Assembly (NCBI RefSeq): GCF_963921235.1
Contig: NC_086107.1
Location: forward strand, 93,994,001-94,058,000
Source of the DNA: Mobula hypostoma
Taxonomy: Eukaryota
DNA: 64,000 nucleotides
Direction of reading: 5' to 3'
In this document: positions 39,801 through 51,800 of the stretch, one piece after another
Layout: each line of letters begins with the position of its first letter
Position numbering within the stretch: position 1 is the stretch's first letter
Notes under the pieces: generated by a model
What the model was told of the DNA's origin: nothing
Databases searched by the model: none
What the model saw: only the letters and a program-made list of their open reading frames with translations
Translations under genes and position numbers: made by a program

Positions 39801-42800
39801 TACATGTCACTATATACCACCCCGAGATTCATTTTCTTGCGAGCATTCACGGTACAACAAAGAAATACAATAAAATCAACAAAGGGGGGGGTCGTTGCTC
39901 GCTGCCGCTTACGCGCCGGGGGGGGAGCTGGGGAGGCACTTTGGAGTTCTCACGTTTAACTGTCGTTCGTTTTTTGGGGTATGTCTCTGTTTTTGTGGAT
40001 GTTTGCAAAGAATAAGCATTTCAGGATGTATATTGTATACATTTCTGTGACATTAAATTTGACCTTTGAAATGCAAAACACTTTCAAACGACCAATGTGC
40101 AAAAGAAGACAAACTGTGCAAATAGAAAAAAACTAAGAATAATAAACGACAACATGAGGTGTTCAGTCCTTGAAAGGAAGCCCATCAGTTGTGGAATCAG
40201 CTCAGTGTTAAGGTGACATTATCCACTCACCTTAAATTGGCTTCTTCCCCTTCACCATCAGATTTCTGAATTGTCCATGAACACTACCTCACTGTTCCTT
40301 TTCTTTCTGCACTGTACCCACAAAATAATAAATTAGTTTACTGGTACAGATCTGTATTGCAGATTGAAAACCCATTGGACCGCGGAAGTGCTGGACAGCA
40401 GAATGCAGACTGCAGAGTTACCGAACCTCGCATGGAAACCTTCAGTCCAGCTCGTCCAATTTGAAAGAGTGCAGAGAAAATTTACAAGGATGTTGCTGGG
40501 ACTTGAGGACCTGAGTTATGGGGAAAGGCTGAAGAGTGCGATGTCACCGGTAAATAAGGTCGTAGAGAGAGGTTTTTGGCACATAAATCAAAGTACTGAG
40601 TACAGGAGTTGGGATGTTATGTTGAAGTTGTATAGGACGTTGGAAAGGCCAGATTTGGAGTACTGTCAGCAGGCCAGGCAGCATCTATTTAAAAGAATAT
40701 TGTCGACTTTCAGGCCAAAACCCTTCAGCAGGACTGAAACATCAGCAGAGTTTTGGCCCGAAACGTCGACTGTACTCTTTTCCATAGATGCTGCCTGGCC
40801 TGCTGAGTCCCTCCAGCATTTTGTGTGTGCTGCTTGGACTTCCAGCATCTGCAGATTCTCTCTCGTTTGAGATTGGGTTCGGTTAGAACCTAAAGTTATA
40901 GCTTAAAGGTGAATGGTAAATTATTTAAGGAAACCTTTGGGAGAACATCTTCACTCAGGAGCTGGTGCGAGGGTGGAATAAGCTTCCGGTGGAAATGGTG
41001 GACGTGGGTTTAATTTCAACACTTAAGAGAAATTTGGATAAGTGCTTGGCTGAGAGGGGTATGAAGGACCCTGGTCCAAGTGCAGGTCAATGATTCTAGG
41101 AAGATGAACAGTTTAGCATGGATTAGTTGGGCCAAAGGGCCCATTTGTGCTGTAGCACTCTAGGACTCGATGAATACAGATACTATTTGTGGAAATATTA
41201 TATTCGGTTTCAATCATTTAACTGAGTTAAGGTGGCAGACCAGAACTTTCAAAAGTCTTGTCGGAAATGGCCAAGAGTTGATTCAGACATGGTTACAAAA
41301 CTACTTTTGGCTGACCAGCTCAAATTTCTTTCTCTTCCCCTTGATGCACATTATAAACTTTGAGGGAAGTTCCACTCGCATTGCAGGCTTGGAGATTTCC
41401 CCGATCAGCCTGATGCAGCCACAGTGGTCAGTCAGGAGAATCCCCAGGGTAAGTCCCAGCGCGCTGCAATCTCGATGGCACTGCAGCGTGGTGGATAGCC
41501 TTCAACTTTGCGGCACCTGTGGTCGGGCTTCAAATCCCATCACTGCCTGTAAGGAGTCTGTACATTCTCCCCGAAACCACGTGGGTTTCCTCCCAGTGCT
41601 CTGGTTCCCTCCCACATTCCAAAGGCGTATGGGTTAGGGCATGCGATGTCGGAGCTGGAAGCGTGGCGTCACTTGCGGGCTGTCCCCGGTGACTGTGTTG
41701 AAACCACACGTTTCACCGTATGTTTCGATGTACCTGTGACAAATAAAGCTAATCTTTAGATCCTTAATCTTTGAAAATTGGCCCTTCAGTTGTGCCAGAC
41801 AGGGCCATCCTAGGCCTACAAGTGGTATGAACAGTGGTCCATTCTGGACAAGCTGATTCGTGTGGTAGCAACTCCAGCTCCGTGTTACTAGCCCTCGGAT
41901 TTGAGTCCCTCTTTAACGTCCCGAGCAGAGACGGTGATCTATTGGGAAGAATGTGTTTAAGCAAGACAGGCAGCATCTATGGAGGGGAATAAATTGTCGA
42001 CGTTTTGAGCCATTATCAGTTAAGGAAGGAAAGGGGGAAGAAGCTGGGGGAAGGGACGGAGTACAAGCTGGCAGGTGATAAGGTGAGTCCAGGTGAGGGG
42101 GGAAGTTGGGACAGTGGGGAAGAGGGGTGAAGTAAGAAGCTGGGATGTGATAGGTGGAAGAGGTAACGGTTGCAGGAGAAGGAATCTGATAGGAGAGGAG
42201 AGTGGACTGTGAGAGAAAGGGAAAGGGGGTGGGGCACCAGAGGGAGATGATGGGCGGGCGAGAAGAGAAGAGATAAAGGGGGAGCCATAATGGGAAATGG
42301 AAGAGGAGAGAAGGAGGAGGGGAGAGAAATTAGCAGAGGTTAGAGAAATGAATCCCCACCCTAATGAGGTTTTTTTGTTCTCCCTCCCAGCTCGGATGAA
42401 GGGTCTCTGACCTGTAACGCTGACTCTGCTTTTCTTCCCGCTGATGCCGCCAGACCTGCTGAGGGTTTCCAGCATTGTCAGTTTTAAACACGAGGGATCC
42501 TGCCAATGCTGGAAATCCAGAGCAACACACACAAGATGCTGGAGGAACTCAGCGGGTCAGACAGCATCTACGGAGAAAAATAAACAGTCAGCATTTCGGG
42601 CAGAGGCACTTCAAGTCAAGTCAAGTCACTTTTCATTGACATTTCAACCATAACTGCTGGTACAGAACACAGTAAAAATGAGACAACCTTTTCCAGGACC
42701 ATGGTGCTACATGAAACAATACAAAAACTACACTGAACTACGTAAGAAAAAACACAAAAACTACGCTAGACTACAGACCTACCCAGGCCTACATAAAGTG

Positions 42801-45800
42801 CACAAAACAGTGCAGGCACTACAATAAATAATAAACAGGACAATAGGCACAGTAGAGGGCAGTAGGTTGGTGTCAGTCCAGGCTCTGGGTATTGAGGAGT
42901 CTGATGGCTTGGGGGAAGAAACTGTTACATAGTCTAGTCGTGAGAGTCCGAATACTTTGGTGCCTTTTTCCAGATGGCAGGAGGGAGAAGAGTTTGTATG
43001 AAGGGTGCATGGGGCCCTTCATAATGCTGTTTGCTTTACGGATGCAGCGTGTGGTGTAAATGTCTCTAATGGCGGGGAGAGAGACCCCGATGATCTCCTC
43101 ATCACAACATCATCCGGACTTTGGGAAAAGACCCTTCATCAGAACATCTGGATGTTAAGACCTTTCACCAGGACATTATCAGGACTTTGGGCAAAAACCC
43201 TTCATCAGGACATTTGGACAATAAGACCTTTCATCAGGAGCAGACTACCTACCTGGTCAGACTTGAACCAGGTAACCACCGGACGAGGTTCACCACTGGC
43301 ATCAACGTCCAGCCTCAGCTTGTTACCTGCTACCACGATGATGGTGTTCTGGGAAACCACGCTGCCCGTGCAGTCAAGGTGGATCTTGGGGGGCTCTGTG
43401 TCGGACAGGAAATAAATTTAGAAGTCACCGGAAAGAGAGAATGTGAGACAGAAGAGAGGCGACCACTCGGTGGGATAGGGGGGTGTGAGGTGGAAGGGGA
43501 GTGAAAGAAAGCCAAGTAGGAGACAGGAGAGTAGGAGAAGGAAAGGGGGAGGGAGAAAAGGCAGGTGAGAGAGAGAGAGAGAGAGGAAAAGGGGAGTTAG
43601 TGAGTGAGTGAGAGAGGAGCAGAGAGAGAGTGAGAGGGGGAGCAGAGAGAGTGTGACTGAGAAAGAGAGAGTGATGGGGGGGAGAGAGAGGGACCGAGTG
43701 AGTGAGAGAGAAGGGGCAGAGATAGAGGGATGGAGAGAGAGACAGGACTGAGAGGAGAGAGTGAGTGAGAGAGAGGGGAGTAAGAGGAGAGGAGCGAGTG
43801 AGTGACAGAGAGGGAGAAGAGAGGAGAAGGGGATAGAGAGGAGCAGAGCGAGTGACAGAGAGGGAGTAAGAGAGTGAGTGAGTAAGCATGAGGGGAGGAG
43901 AGAGAGTGGAGAAATAGGAGATGAAGGGGAGAGAGGGAAGAGAAGGAAAGAGAGGAAGAGAGAGGAAGTGGAAGAGCGAGAAAAGGTCAGCACAGACACA
44001 CGGAGCCAAATGCCTGTTTCTGTACTGTATATCTCTATCAGTAAACCGCTGAAAAGGAAAGGGGAGAGAGAAGGGTGAAAGTGAAAGAAACCATGATTCT
44101 CCTGTGTAATGACAGGATACAGAGAAGAGAAAGAGATGGGAGAAAGAGGAAGGAACGTCAAGGGAGATGCACACGAGGGGAGGTGAGTGATGGCGGGCAA
44201 GGGACGGACACCATGAAGAGAGACATCAGGAGGCAACCAACAGGAATACATATACAAGTATCAGATAAGCAGAATAGAGGTCTTGTTGCACCAGATAGAA
44301 CAATTTGCATCTTTTTCAAATTAAAACTGCAAACCCAAAGTTTAAAACAAAGGATTTCAGCACCAGATTTAAAAATATTCAAACCTTACCTTGCCGGGGG
44401 ACGTAGTCAATTTTAATCTCTGGAAAAGAGGAGAGTAAAACAAAATGGTCAGATAGTGGAAGGAACAGGGATTATTACAAGGAATGTTAGGGAAAAGATA
44501 AGGCTATTCTGACCACTAAGCCTGTTCTATCACTGAATGAGATTTATGACATGGGGCATGACTGCATCCACTTGCCTCAGTTCCAGATCCCTTGGTGAAC
44601 AAATATCATCAATCCCAATTTCAAACTGGGCCAGGGCCTCGTGACCGCAGTGGGATGATGTTCCACACCAACCAGCTTTTGCGCAAAGTGGTTTTCCAAA
44701 AGCCCAGGTTTTATTGTAACATTACATCCCATTGTGTTGGATTTCTACAATAACTGGACTTCTCTCTATAACCTTACCTAACAATTCTTTTCTCTCTGTA
44801 ACCTTCCCTACCAATTCTTTTTTCTCTATAACTTTACCTAACAATTCTTTTCTCTCAATAACCCTATCTATCAGTTCTTTTCTCTCTAACCTTCCCTATC
44901 AGTTCTTTTCTCTCTATAATCTTACCTATCAGTTCTCCACCAGAGTCATTTTGAGATGGTTGAACTTGATTAAGTAAGCATTTATTGCCCTTGGACAGAG
45001 AGGCTAGCTGGGCCATTCCAGTTCAATGTCAACTATACCACAGGGGACTTGAAGCCATAACTAAGCCACATCAGGAGATTGAAAGGACATTATTTCTGAA
45101 TTGACTACTTTGACTCAATTACAGCCCATTATATTCAGTGAGTATTAAACCATAATACTGAACATTCTGCACATACCTAATTAAGAATCCCGTACAATCT
45201 TCATACATTATATTCTTGTTATATTATTTATCACATTATTAATAATTTTATTAATAAATTATACTATGTATTGCATAACGTCTTGTATGTATCAATATAT
45301 TGCATACATAAAAGTATATAATTGTATATTATATCTCTATAATATTACATATTTATCATGCATCAATCCAGTTGTGGAAATATTAGATATTCACAATTAC
45401 AATCCCATAAAGACAACATGAATTAATGTGGACAATGAAAATTACATATACCAATTACATATACCCATTACATATATCTATTACATATACCCATTACATT
45501 ATTTTTTTTGTGTGCCATACTCTGCCAGAGCCTCGGCAATCACTTTTCAAGTTGTCTTGGAGGAAAGATTCTGTGAGTGGTCCCCCACAGCACAGTCTTT
45601 TTTTTTTACGAGGCCGAGTTGCGAGCTCGACACTCAACCTAGCACGGATGGAAAGCGTGCCCGGGAGTGGCCCAACTGGGTTCGAACTCGGGAACCTTCG
45701 CTCCGGAGTCCGGCGCTGATGTCACTGTGCCACCAGCCAGCCAGCCATTACATATACCCATTACATATACTCATTACATATACCCATTACTTATACCCAT

Positions 45801-48800
45801 TACATATACTCATTACATATACCCATTACATATTACATATATCCATTACATGTACCCAATTACAATCCCATGTAGACTGTGTGAGTGAATGTGGACAAAG
45901 GAAATTGTGAGAGTGATCCGCCTACCCAGGAAGTTGAGCTTGGCAGAAAGAGAGAGAGCGTAACCATCTGGAATAAAGGTGTAATCAGCTTCATCTTCTG
46001 GAGTGACACTGTCGATGACCAATTTATGAATCCTGGAGATGGGAAAAATCCGAGTCAGAGTGAATAATACAGTACCTGAGATCGAGTGGTGAAAGAGAAG
46101 TCACAGAGAGGCACTGATCCACAAACCCACAGCTCCTACTACCTCACGCATGCTTGTCAAATCCACGTGGCACTTTGTACTTGCCCAGTATGTGAGCTCT
46201 CTGCCTGGCTAGTGGGTGTCACATATGGGCAGTCAATCCAAGCTTAGCTGACAACAGTCACCAACTGAGACGAGTACGGCCACTGCTCTGCCCAAGACCA
46301 CAAGAAATTGTAGAGACTGACAGACGCAGCTCAGTCCATCACAAAAAAAAGGACACCAATTATGCTTCCATTGCCTAGAATCAAAGACCCACCACAACCC
46401 AGTTGCTCTCTCTTCTCCCTCTCTCCTGTCAGGAACAGATACAAAAAGCTTAAGAACACATAACACAACTTTACGGTCTCTGTCTCCACTTTACACCGCC
46501 TAAGTAAAGCGGCCAAACATGATGAAAGACCTCCCCCACCCCCAATCCACCCACCATGGGATTTCTCTCTTCTCTCTCCCATCGGGCAGAAGATACAAAA
46601 GCTTGAAAGCTCATACCACCAGGCTCAAGTACAGCTTCTATCCCACTGTTATAAGACTCTTGAATGGACCTCGAACAAAATAGGAGCTCTTGATCTCTCA
46701 ACCTACCTTGCATCTTACTGTCGGCACTGTGTTATTTATTTACTTACTGAGATACCGCGTAGAACAGGCCCTTCTGGCCCTTTGCGCTGCACCGGCAAGC
46801 AATCCCCCGAATTAACCCTCGCCTAATCACAGGACAACTTACAATGACCAAGTAACCTATCAACTCGCATGTCTTAGGACTGTGGGAGGAAACAGGGGCA
46901 CCCGGAGGAAACCCACGCGGTCACAGGGAGGACGTACAGGCAGTAGCAGGAATTGAACCCAGGTCGCCGGGACGGTAAAGCGTTGTGCTAACCACTACAC
47001 CACCGTGCCACTGTAACATAATGCTTTGCCTGTAACTTCATTCTGCATTCTTCGCACTACCACAATATGCTGCTGAGATGAAATGACCTGCCAGGGCAAC
47101 ATGCAAAGCTATTTTTTTTACTGTATCTCAGTACATGAGGCACTAATAAAACAACTTACCAATATATATAGTACAGAAGTATCCCTCTGGCCTACTGTGT
47201 CAAACATGATGGTGAATTAAACTAATTAAACTAAATTAAACTACCTGTATTTGATCCCTCTCTCTCCAATCCCCATATATTCACATGTTTCTCTAACAAC
47301 TTCTTAATCACCACAATTGTATTTGCTTCCATTTATCTGTTGTAATGATTTGGATTTTTAGAAGCACCACCCCCCCCCCGCGACCTCAGTGGGATTTGAA
47401 CCCTTAACATCGAATATTACAGCACAACGATGCTTTGCCGAACTTTTAACCTACTCTTAGCAACCTAACCCTTCTCTCCCACATAACCCTCCATTTTTCT
47501 ACCACACATGTGCCTATCTAAGAGCTTCTTAAATCCGTCTGGACCTACCACCAGCTCTGGCAGCGCGTTCCACACACCCACCGCTCTCTGAGTGAAACAA
47601 AATTCCGGCAAGAATGCAGAGATTGCCACTGGTGGCGAACTTACCGGCCGACATGAGTGATGTGGATGCGTTTACTGGGAATCACCTCCACTCCGTTCTT
47701 CAGCCACTTGCCTTTCACCTTCTCGTCAGACACCTCACACATGAAGACAGCCTGCTCCTGGGCTTTCAATGTGAGGTCGGCGAAGCTCTGCAGTACCTTC
47801 AGGACCTTGTCTAAAGATTGAAGAGAGATTACCTTCATTGGTCACTCATGGTCATGGCGAGAACGTTTAAGCTCCTTACGGACAGCGACGGGAAGTGAAC
47901 CCGGATCGCTGGTGCGTTAAAACGGTAAGCTAGCCTCTGTTCTACTGTGCAACCAGACAAAAGTACACAGGCTTGCTCCACCTACAGCCCTCTATAAAGA
48001 AAAAGCATTCACTTTTACTCATCCTGTCGAGGGGTATGAGAGAGGCTGTAAAGAGATACAGTGCAGAAACAGGCCCTTCAGCCCATTGAGCCCAGACTAT
48101 CACTCATTGACATTAATTCTGCATTCACCCCACTTTATTGTGCCCAGAATCTACATACCAATTAACCCACAAACCTGCACGCCTTTGGGATGTGCAAAGA
48201 AATCCATACAGGAAGAACGTGCGAACTCTACAGGGACAGCACCCAAGGCCAGGATCGAACCGGGATCTCTGGAGCCGTGAAGCAGCAGCAGCCACCGGCT
48301 GCTCCACTATACTCTGGCCATCAGACCCGATGTGCAAATCAGTCAGCCCACAGAGGAGATTATGTCTTTTCTCACTGCTGTGGTTTGACTTGGTGGAAGC
48401 AGGTGTATTATCAACGGAGTTACATAAGACCATAAGACCACAAGATGTAGGAGCAGGAGTAGGCTATTCGGCCCATTGAGTCTGTTCCACCATTCAATCA
48501 AGGCTGAACCAATTCCTCCAGTCTTCCCCACTCTCCTGCTTTCACCCCATACCCTTTGATGCCCTGGCTAAACAAGATCCTATCTATCTCTGCCTTAAAT
48601 ACACCCAATGACTTGGCCTCCACAGCCGCTCGTGGCAACAAATTCCTCAGAGATGCCACCCTCTGACTAAAGTAATTTCTCCCCATCTCTGTTCTAAATG
48701 AACGTCCTTCAATCCTGAAGTCGTGCCCTCTTGTCCTGGACTCCCCTACCATGGGAAATAACTTTGCCATATCTAATCGGAGTACTTATTGGGAGTTCTT

Positions 48801-51800
48801 TATATTCAGAAGATCAGATCCTCGGGCATAGATAGTCCACAATCTAAATTAGAATGTGCTTAAACATACGCTACGGTAGTGTGGCGGTTCGTGCGACACT
48901 ATTACAGCTCGGGGCGCCAAAGTTCAGAGTTCAATTCCGGTGTCCGCTGTAAAGAGTCTGTACGTACTCTGGGAGAACATGTAGGTTTCCCATGGGTGCT
49001 CCGGTTTCCCCCCCCACGGTCAAAAGACGTTGCGGATAGTACGTTAATTAGTCATTCTAGATTGTCCTGTGATTGAGGATGGGGTTGCTGAGTGGTGGGG
49101 TGGAAGGGTTTGTCCTGCATTGCATCTCAAAATAATATCAAATGATTGATACCTGGGAGGGAATTAGAAGCTCGAATCTACTCAGGTGATTAACACTAGC
49201 ACTTAGGAATGAGTTACAGGCTAGAATCTGATCCAGGGTTCGGATGGTTAATACGAAAGGGTTGGGCTGGTTAATGCTGAGGACAAGTGCTTGGGAGTGA
49301 GTTACACTCTGCAGTCTAACCAGGAGGTTCAAATGGTTGATGTTAATAACAAGGGCTTGGAAGTTAGTTACAGCCTGGAATCTGTCTACATGGTTGAAAT
49401 GATTTAAAACTACCACTGAGTGCTTGGGAGTGAGTTATAGGCTGGAATCTAATGGACGATTTCAGGTGGTTAATGTGACAAAGAAGTGCCTGGGAGTAGG
49501 TTACAAACTGGGATCTAATCACGCCTCTCGGGTTATTTATGTGTAGACAATGGAATGTGCAGTAGAGTTACAGATAGGGCCATATTAGCACTGGTCTGAG
49601 TGCTCTGAAGATCATAAGAGAAAGGAGTGGAATTAGATCATTTGGCCCCTCGAGTCTGTTCCCCCATACCACCATGGCTGAGTTACTATCCCTCTCAACA
49701 CCATTCTCTGCCTTTTCCCCATAACCTTTGACACCTTTACCAATCAAGGACCTATCAACCTCCACTTTAGATATACCCAATGACCTGGCCTCCACAGTCA
49801 TCTGTGGCAATCGATTCCACAGACTTACCATCCTCTGGATGAAGAAATTCCTCCTCATCTCTGTTCTAAAGGGACGTACTTCTATTCTGAGGCTGTGGCC
49901 TCTGGGTCCTAGGCTCTCCCACTAATGGAAGCATCCTCTTCCATGTCCACTCTATCTAGGCCTTTCAATACTTGATAGGTTTCAATGACATACCCCACCC
50001 CAATTCTTCTAAACTCCAGCGAGTACAGACCCAGAGTAATTAAAAACTTCTCATATATAAACACACTCATTCTCGCAAGCCTCCTCTGGACCCTTTCCAT
50101 TGACAGCCTATCCTTTCTTAGAAGAGGGGCCAAAACTGCTGACAATACTCGAAGCACAGTCTGATCAATGTCTCTTATTAATAATTTGTGGTACCAATGG
50201 AAACTACCTTCCCAAAATGTCCTCTTAATTTTGAACCTTCTATAAATCCCTAATTCACCAGCCCGAGGAAAAAGGTGTTTTTGAGTTTGTGATCCATGAT
50301 TTGTTAAATGAAGGAACCAGCAGGAATGAACCAAGTAAATGAGGTGTACAAATTTCCCTTCCTGTGGTCCAGACCCCCGGCTGCCCAATGTTTAATTTTC
50401 CCATACCTTCCACGATCAGATCAGCCTCAGATTCGCCCCCATTGGTCTTGATCTTGTAGCGGCCACAGTGCTCTTTGGTGGCCTCGTTGATGATCAGGGT
50501 GTGCTTCTTCCCGTCCTTCTTCATGCGATATTTCAGGGCATCTTCTCGAGTCAGATCAACTCCGTCCTTCGACCTACAAAAAGCGACCAAGCAAGAAAAG
50601 AGGAGAGTTATGGGTTTTGGAAAGGCCATATACCCCTATTCACCACATCCCTCCCAAACTGCTTCCCACTCCCTTTGACCAATATGTTTCACTTGTCCCT
50701 ATGTAACTTGGTTCCAAATTGGTTTATTAATGTCACGTACCACGATCCAGTGAAAAAGTTTCATAGCCACAAAACTACACTCAGTGGCCACTTTATTTGG
50801 TACGGGAGTGGAACTCAGTGTGATCTTCTGCTGCTGTAGCCCATCCACTTCAATGTTGTGTGTTCTGAGATGATGTTCTGCGCACAGCCGTTGTAACGCA
50901 TGGTTATTGAGTTGCTGTCAGCTTGAACCAGTCTGGCCATTCTCCTCTGATCTTGCTCATTAACAAGGCATTTTCACCCACTCAATTTATTTTTGGTTTT
51001 CGCGCCATTCTTTTGCAAATTCGACAGGCATACAAATCCCAGGAGATCAGCAATTTCTGAGATACTGAAACCACCCCATCTAACAGCACTTTACAGTACC
51101 AGTGATCAGGGTTCAATTCCTGCGCTGCCTGTAAGGAGTTTGTTCATCCTCCCCGTGACTGCCTGGGTTTCCTCCAGAAGCTCTGGTTTCCTCCCACAGT
51201 CCAAAGACGTACCAGTTGGTTGGTAACTTGGTCATTGTAAATTGTCCCGTGATTAGGCTAGGATTAAGTAGGGAGACAGCTGGGCGGCGCAGCTCAAAAG
51301 GCCAAAAGGGACTATTCTGCACTGTAAGTCAATAAATACCAGTAATAATTCCATGGTCAACATCAATTAGATCACATTTCTTCCCCATTCTGATGTTTGG
51401 TCTCAGCAACAACTCAACCTCTTGACCATGTCTGCATGCTTTTATACATTGATTGGCTGATTAGATATTTGCATTACTGAGCAGGTGTTCAAGTGTATTT
51501 CATGAGATAGCCACTAAGTGTATATTACTAACCTTGTCATTAATAATTCTGGTATAATTCATGTTCTTTCTTTGTGAGTGCTGCTTATCTGACACTCTGT
51601 GCCTGTGAAGCTGCAGCACGTAAGCTTTTCATTGCTTCTTTGCCCATGTGGACACTATGCAGTACTGTACAGAAGTCTTAGGCACATATCTATAGACAGG
51701 GTGCCTAACACTTTTGCATAGTACTGTAGTAATTGTATGCATTGCACTGTAATGCTACCACAGAAAAGTAAACAAATTTCACGACCTATGCGAGTGATGA

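Noticed and set aside
37644..43252. Cardiac-specific C5 insertion exon (would indicate MYBPC3)
   Set aside because: No such exon recognised; exons J and K join in phase to give a complete skeletal-type C5
43418..44257. Longest ORFs in the track (279 aa and 249 aa, Leu/Ser/Pro-rich)
   Set aside because: Translations of a CT microsatellite-like tract inside an intron; no coding signature
49150..49555. CRISPR-like repeat/spacer appearance
   Set aside because: Repeats are degenerate, spacers are homologous to each other, there are no cas genes, and the context is a vertebrate intron
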